Assembly (NCBI GenBank): GCA_963717145.1
Contig: OY970325.1
Span: forward strand, 128,001 to 192,000
Origin: an uncultured Armatimonadetes bacterium
Lineage (GTDB): Bacteria > Armatimonadota > UBA5829 > DTJY01
Reading direction: 5' to 3'
Length of the DNA: 64,000 nt
Of this stretch, positions 1 through 9,736 are shown in pieces. How positions within the stretch are numbered: the stretch's first letter is position 1; every line of letters starts with the position of its first letter. A program made the position numbers and the translations under genes. The notes beneath the pieces are model-generated. The model was given only the letters and a program-made list of their open reading frames with translations, was not told where the DNA came from and did not search any database.

Positions 1-25
1 ATGGTTAATGGGGGCCATTCCCGCG

Positions 26-1459
26 GGGTGCATTCGCGTTGAGTGGGTAGCAAGTAAGGAAGGAGTCTCCTGTAATAGTCGGTAATGGTTTGTTGAAGGA
101 CAAACATTCCGAAAGGAGACTCCCAGAGAATGCTTACACTTTTGCACACAGACTCCCTCCTTCAGGCCGCTCGCGACTTTGCGCGCAGCTACATCGATTG
201 CACGGACTTAGGGTCAGCCGAGGAGCGTATTCAGATCCTGGCGCGTCAGATTGCCGGCGCAATGATGAGTGAGGTTGCCGCCAAGATGAGCGGAAAGCCC
301 ACCTACAAGGGTGTTGGGATAGAATGCGAATGCGGCAGACTGGCCAGGTTCAAGGGATACCGGAAACGCTTCATTCGGACTTTGCACGGAGACATAGAGG
401 TCGAGAGGTCATACTACCGTTGCGACCATTGCAGGCGGGGCTACATTCCATGGGACCGCGAGCAGGGGCTGTCCGAGAGAGTATGGACCGCCAGAGTGAA
501 GGAACTCACCGCCTCGATCTGCGCCGCGCTTCCATATGAAGCAGCCGCAAGGCTGATCGAGCGAACCACGGGTATTGCGATCGAAGAGAGCAGCGAAGAA
601 GAGATAGTCCGGGATGTTGGGGAATGCCTCCGCCGAGAGGAGCAGGAAGCGATCATCTCTGTGGTAGACACAGGTGAAGAGGTCTCCTGCGAGGCGACGC
701 CACAGAGGCTCTACATTGGCATAGACGCGGCCAAAGCGCACACCGATGGCCAGTGGCATGACATCAAGACCATGGTGGTATACGAAGGCGTTCCGGCTGC
801 AGGCAAAGACACGGATACCGTCACCAACTCGCGCTACATAGCGGCGCAAGAGACGAGCGACGAGTTCGGGAGACGGGTATACACCAGAGCACTGCAAGCC
901 GGCTATGACGGGGCAAAAGAGCGTATAGTGATCGCCGACGGCGCAGACTGGATATGGAGAGAGGTCAGGAATCATCTGCCGGAGAGCATCAAGATCATCG
1001 ACTACTGGCATGCCTGTGAGCACATATACGGCTTGGCGCGGACACTCTACGGAGAGGGGAATCCCAAAGGGAAGCGCTGGGCAAACGAACACTGCCGGAA
1101 GCTTAAAGAGAAGGGGCCGGGGAGTCTGCTTAGAGCCATGAAGCGGCGCAGAGCACGAAACGATTCTGAGAGGGAAGCGCTTCGGATCGAGACAGGCTAC
1201 TTCAGAAAGTACCGCAAGTACATGAACTACCCGGCATACAGGGCCAAGGGGATGATGATAGGCAGCGGTCCGGTGGAAGCGGCGTGCAAGGTGATAGTAG
1301 GCCAGAGGTTAAAGCAAGCCGGGATGCGATGGACGAAGGACGGCGCAGATGCAGTGCTCGCGGTGAGAACTGCCCTCCTAAGCGGCGAACTGGCTCGGAT
1401 CGAGCACGCAGCACGTGCCGCCTGAGCCGTGCTCTACCCACTCTGAGGGAATTCCACCC
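26..1459 (+). mobile_element. Complete ISKra4-family insertion sequence
   Basis: Imperfect terminal IRs (GGGTGCATTCGCGTTGAGTGGGTAG / revcomp GGGTGGAATTCCCTCAGAGTGGGTAG); 9-bp direct repeat ATTCCCGCG at 17-25 and 1460-1468; encloses a transposase. Confidence 0.9.
130..1425 (+). CDS. ISKra4-family (UPF0236-like) DDE transposase
   Basis: CxC/CxxC N-terminal motifs, IADGADWIW, IDYWHACEH, IGSGPVEAACKxxxxxRLKxxGMRW. Confidence 0.9.
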   Translation: MLTLLHTDSLLQAARDFARSYIDCTDLGSAEERIQILARQIAGAMMSEVAAKMSGKPTYKGVGIECECGRLARFKGYRKRFIRTLHGDIEVERSYYRCDHCRRGYIPWDREQGLSERVWTARVKELTASICAALPYEAAARLIERTTGIAIEESSEEEIVRDVGECLRREEQEAIISVVDTGEEVSCEATPQRLYIGIDAAKAHTDGQWHDIKTMVVYEGVPAAGKDTDTVTNSRYIAAQETSDEFGRRVYTRALQAGYDGAKERIVIADGADWIWREVRNHLPESIKIIDYWHACEHIYGLARTLYGEGNPKGKRWANEHCRKLKEKGPGSLLRAMKRRRARNDSEREALRIETGYFRKYRKYMNYPAYRAKGMMIGSGPVEAACKVIVGQRLKQAGMRWTKDGADAVLAVRTALLSGELARIEHAARAA

Positions 1460-1504
1460 ATTCCCGCGTTCCCCATTGACAATCAGCCATCAACCATCCC
1501 CACG

Positions 1505-3052
1505 CTACGATGCCAGTCTGAGGGTGAATGGAGGGTCGCTCTCTTCCGAGTCGTTCAGCGTCTTATCGTAGATCTGGGCGTTCACTATCGCGACCGACGC
1601 GGACGAAGCGAGTGTCTGGAAGAGCTTGATCTTCTCGTCATTCAGCGAGATGTGCTTCTCGAAGAAGAGATTCAGCACCCCGAGAGCAAGGTCATGGTAT
1701 ACGAGCGGGACGGATACTGCGTATCCATCGTGTCTGGCGAGGACTCTCCAGGGAAGGAATTCGACGTCCGTGAACACGTCATCGACCGTGCAGATCCGCT
1801 TCTCTCTGAATGCCCTGGCGGTGTGGCCTGAGTAGAACGCCGGAAAGCCCTTCCCGTCGACTTCCTGGCTCTCGCGTTGCCTGAGAGGCGACTCGGGCAG
1901 TCCGTATGTCACCTCGGTGGTCAACGTCTGGCCGCTGTCGTCAGAGAGCATGACGGAAGCGAACTTGGCCGAGAGCATTGCCGCGGTGTCGGATACGAGA
2001 GCAAGCAGAACGACTCGCAGGTCGAGGGTATTCGTCAAGCGCGAGGACATGTAGTGAACGGCCTCCATGTGCTTGATCCGCGACTGAGCGTCTTCGTATG
2101 ATGAGCCGAACTGAAGGCCCAGTTCCATCAGCAGCACCATCATGCCGCAGATGTACAGGGCTTGGGAGACCCACCAGGTGATATCGAAATCGTGATGAGA
2201 TGCAAGTGACCCGGCGCCGGCTGCTACTGCCAGAGTCAGGAATGATACCAGCCGCTTGCTGAGATCGTCTTCCCTGATGGCGAAACCTCGTATGTGCGTG
2301 ATCAGCGCCAGCGTCGCGAAGCCCATTCCCAGGATGGAAAGGCTGCGCATCGATATGAGATCCAGCCACAGATCGTGTACCACCGAGACTACCGGGCGCG
2401 ACAATATCGATCGCAGGTGGAGCCACTCGGGATCGAACACAAGCGGGAGGACCATGACGCACATGGAGAGCACGAGCGCGATTATGAGAGTGCGCGTGCC
2501 CGTTCTTCGGAAGGTCTGCGCGTTGTTCACAGTGGTGCAGCCGGCCGCCATGATCAGAAGACATGCCGCTGCGATATGCCATCCACCGGCATACCGCGCG
2601 CCAAAGATCGCCAGCGATGAAGTCGAATCCTGAGACACCGCCGACAGGATGCCATGAACAAGCGCAGCCAGTGACACACCGCTGAATGCGATCGTGGAGA
2701 GCAGGAATCTCTGTTCCCTGGTGACGTTGTACTGCACCCACAGGCAGTAGACGACGCAGATTCCGACCACCACGCCGCAGCCTTCAAGAAGCGCGTGTGC
2801 GGAATAGTTGCAGTGCGTAACTGGGAAGTTGGACAGGAATAGCAGTCCGGCGATCATTGCGGCGAGTGCGGTTACCCAGACAAGCGATCGCTTACCATAT
2901 GAACTGACTGCGAGCATGAAGCCTCGCGCCTCGCCTGCTGCCGGACTTATCTCTGTCGTTGTGCCCTCGAATCCCACTGTTGTGCCCGTCCTGCGATCTT
3001 GCGTGATAGTGCTAATCCTATTATAGGAAAGGCGGGGCCATTCTTTACCCAC
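1505..3052 (-). CDS. Multi-TM membrane sensor with C-terminal GAF domain (start may be ~2917)
   Basis: About 7-8 hydrophobic helices followed by a GAF-like region (LSVPL..LGVLNL..LASSASVAIVNAQIY). Confidence 0.7.
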   Translation of the reverse strand: MGKEWPRLSYNRISTITQDRRTGTTVGFEGTTTEISPAAGEARGFMLAVSSYGKRSLVWVTALAAMIAGLLFLSNFPVTHCNYSAHALLEGCGVVVGICVVYCLWVQYNVTREQRFLLSTIAFSGVSLAALVHGILSAVSQDSTSSLAIFGARYAGGWHIAAACLLIMAAGCTTVNNAQTFRRTGTRTLIIALVLSMCVMVLPLVFDPEWLHLRSILSRPVVSVVHDLWLDLISMRSLSILGMGFATLALITHIRGFAIREDDLSKRLVSFLTLAVAAGAGSLASHHDFDITWWVSQALYICGMMVLLMELGLQFGSSYEDAQSRIKHMEAVHYMSSRLTNTLDLRVVLLALVSDTAAMLSAKFASVMLSDDSGQTLTTEVTYGLPESPLRQRESQEVDGKGFPAFYSGHTARAFREKRICTVDDVFTDVEFLPWRVLARHDGYAVSVPLVYHDLALGVLNLFFEKHISLNDEKIKLFQTLASSASVAIVNAQIYDKTLNDSEESDPPFTLRLAS

Positions 3053-3119
3053 ACAAGCAGAAGAGCCCCGACCTTTGTGGGTCGGGGCTCTCGAGAAGAA
3101 TGATTTGCGAACCGTGTTC

Positions 3120-3779
3120 CTACGGCATTCCGGGGAGCATGATCGGCATGTCCACGTTGCCCATGCCCATCGCCGGGAGGTACGTCTTGGCTTTCTCCAT
3201 GGCAGAGGAGATGATCTCGGGAGCAGTTCGATTGCCTGCCTGACCTCGGAGTTCCGCCATCAGACGGCCCAGGAACGCGGATACATCCGGAGCCGCATTC
3301 TTCGCAGCGGCATCCTGCGCGATCTCGACATCCATGGCGTACACTGCGAAGAGCGTCTCCCAACCGGTCTTGGTCCTCTGCTCGGCCTTGTACTCTGCCG
3401 GAAGAACGACCGTCAGGACTCTGCCGTCCAGCGTCTTGTGCTTAAACTTGAGACTTGTGAAGACCCTGCCATCCCAGTTCTTCTTGGAGATGACCTTGGC
3501 CCCGGAATGAACAAGCTGACCGAAGCCGATGGCAGGCTCGGTGACTATTCCCGTGGTGGAAGGAGCACTCGATCCGGAACTACCCGTGCCTCCAGCGGCC
3601 GCTCCCATGCCGGCCATACCGGAAGCGTCCATCGCGCCGGGCGGCGGAGTCTCGACCGGTATCTGGCTATTCTGAGACTGCGCATAGATGCTCTGCCAAC
3701 TGTAGAGGACTCCAAATGCCACTATCACGACAAAGACTGTTATCAGCCAAAACTTGCTTTTTCTTGCGGTGTCTGCCAT
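3120..3779 (-). CDS. Hypothetical membrane-anchored/secreted protein
   Basis: GGAGG RBS before MADTARK, N-terminal TM helix, Gly/Met-rich linker. Confidence 0.65.
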   Translation of the reverse strand: MADTARKSKFWLITVFVVIVAFGVLYSWQSIYAQSQNSQIPVETPPPGAMDASGMAGMGAAAGGTGSSGSSAPSTTGIVTEPAIGFGQLVHSGAKVISKKNWDGRVFTSLKFKHKTLDGRVLTVVLPAEYKAEQRTKTGWETLFAVYAMDVEIAQDAAAKNAAPDVSAFLGRLMAELRGQAGNRTAPEIISSAMEKAKTYLPAMGMGNVDMPIMLPGMP

Positions 3780-3845
3780 TCCCGTAGTCCCTCCTCCGGA
3801 CAGAAGCGCTTGCAGCCCAAGGCAAACGCGATCAGGACACTGATA

Positions 3846-3874
3846 ATAATAACGCATGCACGGCTTGTTGTCAA
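3846..3874 (-). promoter_or_regulatory. sigma70-type promoter TTGACA-N17-TATTAT
   Basis: Near-consensus boxes upstream of the 3779 start. Confidence 0.6.
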
Positions 3875-3890
3875 CCGTTCGGACGTGCGA

Positions 3891-4066
3891 GGGTGCATTT
3901 CCGCAGAGTGGGTCAGCCTCTCGTTATGCCACCAGAGTGGCTACTCGAGGAGAACGGTTGGGTGGCTTGCCAAGCTTCCCAAGCCCCAGCCCCGTCTAGT
4001 CTCGAGTAGGTTTCTCTGGAAACCATAACGAGAGACGGTCGCCACCCACTCAACTCGAATGCACCC
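3891..4066 (-). mobile_element. 176-bp MITE with ISKra4-type ends
   Basis: Ends match the IRs of the IS at 26-1459 in opposite orientation; 9-bp direct repeat GACGTGCGA at 3882-3890 and 4067-4075; no transposase. Confidence 0.85.
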
Positions 4067-4121
4067 GACGTGCGACGACGCGTCCGGTATTTCTTAGACG
4101 GTACAACCTGGGCAATATGTT

Positions 4122-5258
4122 TCACCCCGCGCGCGGAAATTCGAGTGCCGCTGCAAATTCTGCGACGACACTCCGGTCGTTCTCCCTCGCCAGGGCGCTC
4201 TCCAGGGCATCCTTCGCGCGATCGGAGCCGATCTTCCCGAGTGCCCACGCGGCATGTCCCCTGATGACGGGCTCCTCGTCAGAGAGCGCCTTGACCAGTG
4301 CCGGAACCGCGATGGGGTTGCCCGTGTTTCCGAGGGCGACCGCCACGTTGCGACGGAATCGAGTCCTGCCTATCCATCCCGCGGTGGTCGGCCCGATCAG
4401 TCGTTTGAACTCAGACGGACTGATATTGAGCAGGGGAAGCAACTCCGGCTCTTCACCCAATCCCGCTGATGGGCGGAATGCCGCGACGTTGCCGGGCTTT
4501 GCCTCGCGGTTGAGCGGACAGGCATCCTGGCATGTGTCGCAGCCGTAGATCCGTGTGCCGAGCTTCTCCCGGAGCGGGTGGGGGATGAACCCCCTCGATT
4601 GCGTGACACGGGAGAGGCATAGGCGAGCGTCCACCGTGTATGGCGCACAGATGGCCCCAGTCGGGCACGCTCTCATGCACTCGTCGCACTCGCCGCAGAT
4701 ATCGAGCGGCGCAGGCGAATCGGTCTCAAGCTCAATATCGGTAAGAATCTCGCCGAGCACCACCCACGACCCGTACTCCCCGACGTAGACGCAGGTGTTC
4801 TTCCCCCGCGAGCCGATTCCCGCTCGGATGGCCGCCGAGCGATCGACGATCGGCCCGGTGTCCGTGTACGACCGGAACTCGATGTGGCTGCCGACCTCGG
4901 TCCGGATGCGTCTTGCCAGTTCGGTGAGCCGCTCCTGGAGGACTCCATGGTAGTCGAGTCCCCGCGAGAAGCGGGCGACCCAGCCTCGGGGAGTATGGGA
5001 CTGATGGGACATATGAGACTCATGGGATAGGTAGGAGCGAGCCACCGAGATGATCGATCGGGCGGAGGTCAGGCTCTCGCGCGGGTGCGTGTACAGCGCG
5101 ATCTTCTCGGCGTCGTAGCCGGATCCCTCGAGCAGGCCGTGCTCATACCGCTCGCGGAGAGTCTCCTGTGCCTCGACGAACGGTTCCGCGCTCGTGATCC
5201 CGACCGCGTGGAAGCCTACCCCCCGCGCAAGACTCTTCACTCGCTCTGTCAGAGACAT
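4122..5258 (-). CDS. queG: Epoxyqueuosine reductase
   Basis: RFSRGLDYH, DTGPIVDR, CxxCxxCxxACPTGA, GCDTCQDACPLN, C-terminal HEAT repeats. Confidence 0.92.
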   Translation of the reverse strand: MSLTERVKSLARGVGFHAVGITSAEPFVEAQETLRERYEHGLLEGSGYDAEKIALYTHPRESLTSARSIISVARSYLSHESHMSHQSHTPRGWVARFSRGLDYHGVLQERLTELARRIRTEVGSHIEFRSYTDTGPIVDRSAAIRAGIGSRGKNTCVYVGEYGSWVVLGEILTDIELETDSPAPLDICGECDECMRACPTGAICAPYTVDARLCLSRVTQSRGFIPHPLREKLGTRIYGCDTCQDACPLNREAKPGNVAAFRPSAGLGEEPELLPLLNISPSEFKRLIGPTTAGWIGRTRFRRNVAVALGNTGNPIAVPALVKALSDEEPVIRGHAAWALGKIGSDRAKDALESALARENDRSVVAEFAAALEFPRAG

Positions 5259-5478
5259 GGGCAGAACCCTAGAACACAGATGGCACAGATGGCAGAGGAT
5301 GGAACGGATAGAGTTCTATGAGGAAGCCAGGAGAGCGGGAAGACAATGGGGGAATGGAAGAGTGGGCGACTCCGGATCTCCCATCCGCCCTTTCCCCCAT
5401 TCTCTTCCCGCTCCTGGACCCCTATCTTCCTGGTTTCCTGATAAGAAGCCTTATCCGCATTATCCTCTCCAATCCGTC

Positions 5479-6525
5479 TCATCTGTGTTCTGAGACCTTT
5501 CGCAGGCCGTAGTGATAGGTTTCGTCGCAGAACGCCTCGAGGCTCTCGATCGGGCAGTCGGCGGTGATGCCGTTGCCCGCCGTGATCATCAGCCGCCCCT
5601 CGTCGGGCCGCCAGTATGTGTCGATCAGGAAGCGGATCTCCGCGCGGACCTCCTCCGGCGTGCCCCAGGGGATCACCTGCTGAACGTCGAGCCCCGCCCA
5701 GACGCAGATATCCTTGCCGAACCGATCGGCGATCACCTGGTCGTCCATGGTGTGCTTCTGGATCGGATGCAGCACGTCGAGGCCGGCTTCGATCCAGTCG
5801 GGGATGAACTTCTCGACATTCCCGCAGCAATGAAGCCAGAAATGCATGCCCAGCTCGTGTGCCTTCGCGAACAGCTCGGAGTAGTAGGGCAGGAAGAACT
5901 CGCGGAAGATGGTCGGCGAAAAGAACGGACCGGTCTGTGTGCCGAGATCGTCGCTCGTGAAGATGCCATCGACATCTGCCTCACCCTTCGCCCGCTCCAT
6001 CATTGCGAGGTAGAAGTCGGTGAGCGCGCGGAACATCCGGTGGACACTCTCGGGATCGGTATAGTAGTCCATCAGGGCGTTCGTCATGCCGCGCATCGAC
6101 CAGTGGCGCTCGAAGTAGCAGAACCAGAAGTTGCCCAGGAGATAGCGACCGTCCGACTCGACAGCAGGTATCAGGCCCGGATAGCTCGGCTTCGGAAAGT
6201 CCTCGAGAATGCCATCGAGCAGCGCCCAGTCGGGGATCGCCATCTTCGAGTCGATCGCGCCGCCGGAGTTGATGCTCGGATCGGCGTAGTTCACCCAGCG
6301 GTACTCCGGATCGTCCTCAGGGGCGTCGTACATCGACGGCATTCGGATGCCGACCGTTTGGACGTCCATCGGGTAGGTCGCCAGGAGGTCACGGGCCCGT
6401 TGCTCATGGACGCCGAACCTCGCCGGGTCGGTCCAGAAGTGCACCATCATCGGGACCCGTGGCGCGATCGAGCGCCCCTCGATCACGGAAGCGGTTTCAT
6501 CTCGTGTCAGCGGTTGATAACTCAC
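5479..6525 (-). CDS. Uroporphyrinogen decarboxylase / MtaA-CmuA-like family protein
   Basis: SDDLGTQ, HCCGN, LHPIQ, GLDVQ..GTPEEV motifs. Confidence 0.85.
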   Translation of the reverse strand: MSYQPLTRDETASVIEGRSIAPRVPMMVHFWTDPARFGVHEQRARDLLATYPMDVQTVGIRMPSMYDAPEDDPEYRWVNYADPSINSGGAIDSKMAIPDWALLDGILEDFPKPSYPGLIPAVESDGRYLLGNFWFCYFERHWSMRGMTNALMDYYTDPESVHRMFRALTDFYLAMMERAKGEADVDGIFTSDDLGTQTGPFFSPTIFREFFLPYYSELFAKAHELGMHFWLHCCGNVEKFIPDWIEAGLDVLHPIQKHTMDDQVIADRFGKDICVWAGLDVQQVIPWGTPEEVRAEIRFLIDTYWRPDEGRLMITAGNGITADCPIESLEAFCDETYHYGLRKVSEHR

Positions 6526-6545
6526 TATCTACTCTCCAACCCGTC

Positions 6546-6643
6546 AGTCCTGAGTTCGCCGGTGAATGACGGCGTGTAACGAAGGACGGTGGCATGAGGC
6601 CGTCCTTCGTTACACGCCGTCATTCACCGGCGAACTCAGGACT
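6546..6643. repeat. Perfect long palindrome (44-bp arms, 10-nt loop), copy 1
   Basis: AGTCCTGAG...GAAGGACGG and its exact reverse complement. Confidence 0.95.
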
Positions 6644-6660
6644 ATCGGTGTTTCTATCCA

Positions 6661-8087
6661 TCAGTTGTTGAGGTCATTCCGTGCTGCGTTCAGAATCTCC
6701 TCCAGCGCATGATCCAATGCCGGATCGAGCGGTTCGGGGACGTGCGCGCGGAGGATCTCCTCCTTGCGGACACGGCAGCGGTCCTGCATCGATGTCGCCC
6801 CCGAATCGAGCCACGCCTGATAGTAGTCGCGGTCGAGCAGGCGCGGGAACTACAGCTCTCGGCGGAAGTGCTCGGCGGTGTGCTCGCGGTCGATGAACGT
6901 CCCGCCCGGACCCGCGTCGTCGATCACGTCGAGGCCGAGCGCCTCGTCGCTGAGATCGATCTCCCGCATCATGCTCTCGACGTAGGCGATGACCTCGTGC
7001 TGGAGCATCAGCATGTCGAGCGACGACGCCTGATCGACGCCGCAGATGCCCATGTGGCCGAAGATGTCGGCGCCGGCGGCGGCGCCCATCGCCAGCGTGA
7101 TGCCCGCCTCCAGGCCGGCCTGGGCGTCGGCGCGCTTCGAGTCGGTCAGGCCGACGTTGATGTAGACCGGCAGGCCGTAGTGCTTGCCCATCTGCGTCAT
7201 CGCCACGCCGAAGATCGCCTGCTCGGGGCCGCAGAAGATCATCTGCGTCGTGCGCATGTCGAAGGCGTGGCAGATGCCGCCGTAGCAGACCGGCATCCCC
7301 GGCCGGATGAGTTGGGTGATGCAGACGCCGGCGAGGATCTCGGCGTTCTCCTGGGCCATCGTGCCGGCGACGGTCGCCGGCGCGGAGAGCCCCATCTGCG
7401 CCATCGGGCCGATCGGGACGGGCAGGTTCAGGCGCGCGGTCTCGAAGAGCAGGTCGATGCCATGGAATGGGAAGCGCAGCGGGCTGATCGGCTCGAGGAA
7501 CGGGTAGCAGACCGGGAACTCGACCGCCCGGGCCTCGCTGCCTCGCAGCGCGATCATCATCTCGATCAGGTACTTCGCCGACGCGCGGTCGTGGAACCAG
7601 AAGTGATCGGCTTGGTGGTGTTGCGGATCATGGTCGCCATGACCTCGACGCAGCGGTAGCTGACCGGCATCTCGTGCGGGTCGGCCATCGCGCCGGGGAT
7701 GGTGATCTGTTCGAGCGCATCGGCGAATCGGGTGGCGGTGGCGACGTCGTCCATGGTCACGAAGCGTCGCTCACCACGGAGTTCATCGACCCAGTAGGCC
7801 TCGCCGGCGATCGAGTTGTAGTTCCGCTTGCCGACTCCGAACTCGGCCTTCTTGGAGAGATCGCGGCCGTAGATCGTGAACTGCTTGCCCGCCTGGTCGA
7901 GCGACCGCATCACGAGATCGGCGGGGATCCGCACGATCTGCTTCTCCCGATCCACTCGTGCGCCCGCATCGGCGAACCGGCTGAGCATCTCCTCATGGGG
8001 TGTATGTACGCCTGTGCGTTCGAGGATCGAGAGCGATGCCTCGTGTATGCAGTCGATCTGGCTATCTGAAAGGACTCTGCTGAACAT
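6661..8087 (-). CDS. Trimethylamine methyltransferase (MttB) family protein, interrupted by a frameshift (~7590) and an in-frame TAG (6850-6852)
   Basis: IHEASLxILERTGV, PATVAGTMAQENAE, FDMRT, TDSKxxDAQAGLE, GPGGTF; frame continues 62 codons past the TAG. Confidence 0.85.
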
Positions 8088-8095
8088 GCTTCTCC

Positions 8096-8212
8096 TTTGG
8101 AGTGCGATGGCTCGACATCGCTTTGGTCTTCGGCGGCTTGACGCCATCCTCCCGTGGGCCGCCGTGTCAAGCCACGGCTCAGGAAAGCGATGTCAAGCCA
8201 TCGCACTCCAAA
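8096..8212. repeat. REP-like inverted pair (GGAGTGCGATGGCTCGACATCGCTTT family); another copy at ~9589-9628, a relative at 57597-57629
   Basis: Identical ~39-bp segment upstream of both MttB starts; inverted partner at ~8185-8212. Confidence 0.8.
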
Positions 8213-9584
8213 TGACGGCTCGGAGGGCGCGTTCTTCCTCTTCGGAGATACGGCTCTCGGGGCGGAAATCCCTCTCGAACTCGCGGACGATCTCGCGCGC
8301 CTTGTCGATGTCGGTCTTTCCGCCGGATGCGCGCCAGGCGCTGAGCGACTGGTTGCTCCAGGTGCGCGGCTCGAACAACTCGGTCCGGAACCGCTCGACG
8401 GTGAACTGCGTGCCGAGGTGGTTGCCCCCGATCCCGGCGGCGAGGATCTCATCGAACGCGCACTCCTCCTCGTCAACGTGTGCCTCGGAGAACAATGCCT
8501 TCAGGCTGCCGGCGAGATCGTGATCGAGGACCATCTGCACCGGCGAACAGACCGTATCCACGCCCAGCAGGCCCGCCTCAATGCCTGCGTAACCGGTCGC
8601 CAATGCCGTCATGAGCGCTCCCTCGGCCTTCTGGACTCCGGCCTCGCATGAGGGCATATACGCATCGGTGCAGCCGGTGTGCCCGCCGGTCGAGCAACCG
8701 TAGAAAGCAGCGATGTCGGCAAACGCGAGGTTCACGCGAGTGCGCTCCGGCCTGCCATAGAGCGACATGCCGGTGCGCATATCGACTGTGGTCGCCATCC
8801 CGCCGACGTTGAATTGTGCATCATCCCATAGTGCGCTGTTGAGCAGGAACAGGAAGATCTGTTCGGCCAGCGCGAGGGTGAGAGTCCCGGCGAACGACAC
8901 CGGCGCGGTCCCTCCCTGCGATGGCAGGTGCCCAATGCTCATGCGGAGTCCGCGGTCGGCAAAGTATAGAAGCTGCTCGCACTCCGGTCGCCCGAGCTTC
9001 AGCGGCGAGACGAGCCATCCGCACGCGCAGAAGACATCTGTCAGCGGCTTTCCGATCGCATCGGCATGAATACCGAACATCTCGATCAGCGGCTCGCACA
9101 GCGCCGTGAAATGCACCTCGCCGCCGGGCGATCCGCCGTACTTCCATGCGTAGAGCTTCTCGGCAAGCGGGAGGAATTGCGCTGGGATGTCATCCGGGAC
9201 GAAGGGCAGTCCGAGCATCCCGCAGCCATCAAGCCCCAGGTGCTGAGCGAGGCCAAAGTACCGTGCGAGCAGTGACTCGTCGAACGGCCGCATCTCGTCC
9301 GTGAACGGGTCGAGATACATGCACTGGTAGACCCCGCAGCCGAGCCCGATCCTCGGCGTGTCGAAGCTGACCGGCGTCTTCGGCGCATCCCAGATCCGGC
9401 GCTCGGTGAGATCGGACGGAAAGCACACACGATCCGTCAACGGATCAGTCTGCCCTCCCACGGACGCCAGCTTCCGTCGCAGGCCCTCGTGCTCCACCTG
9501 CACGCCGACTTCCGCGAGAACCCGGAGGGCGTTGCGGTGGATCTCCTCGATCTGAGGCTTTGTCAGGAGGCCGCTCAGTCGCAT
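8193..9584 (-). CDS. Trimethylamine methyltransferase (MttB) family protein, no amber codon
   Basis: IHRNALRVLAEVGV, GGTAPVSFAGTL, VDMRTG, TD..PSCEAGVQK. Confidence 0.85.
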   Translation of the reverse strand: MRLSGLLTKPQIEEIHRNALRVLAEVGVQVEHEGLRRKLASVGGQTDPLTDRVCFPSDLTERRIWDAPKTPVSFDTPRIGLGCGVYQCMYLDPFTDEMRPFDESLLARYFGLAQHLGLDGCGMLGLPFVPDDIPAQFLPLAEKLYAWKYGGSPGGEVHFTALCEPLIEMFGIHADAIGKPLTDVFCACGWLVSPLKLGRPECEQLLYFADRGLRMSIGHLPSQGGTAPVSFAGTLTLALAEQIFLFLLNSALWDDAQFNVGGMATTVDMRTGMSLYGRPERTRVNLAFADIAAFYGCSTGGHTGCTDAYMPSCEAGVQKAEGALMTALATGYAGIEAGLLGVDTVCSPVQMVLDHDLAGSLKALFSEAHVDEEECAFDEILAAGIGGNHLGTQFTVERFRTELFEPRTWSNQSLSAWRASGGKTDIDKAREIVREFERDFRPESRISEEEERALRAVIWSAMA

Positions 9585-9630
9585 AGTCTTTGGAGTGCGA
9601 TGGCTCGACATCGCTTTGGTCTTCGGCAGG

Positions 9631-9723
9631 CTTGTAGGAGGCGACTCCAGTCGGCGATCCTGGCAGCAAACCGATCTCGTAAGACGACAACTGAGATCGC
9701 CGACTGGAGTCGCCTCCTACAAG
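9631..9723. repeat. GTAG-type REP inverted pair
   Basis: CTTGTAGGAGGCGACTCCAGTCGGCGAT ... ATCGCCGACTGGAGTCGCCTCCTACAAG. Confidence 0.85.
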
Positions 9724-9736
9724 CCTGCGGTTGGTG

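Noticed and set aside
5512-6579. Long antisense ORFs (also 14450-15679, 20428-21615, 43408-44682, 48607-49938)
   Set aside because: Shadows of real genes in high-GC DNA, with no motifs
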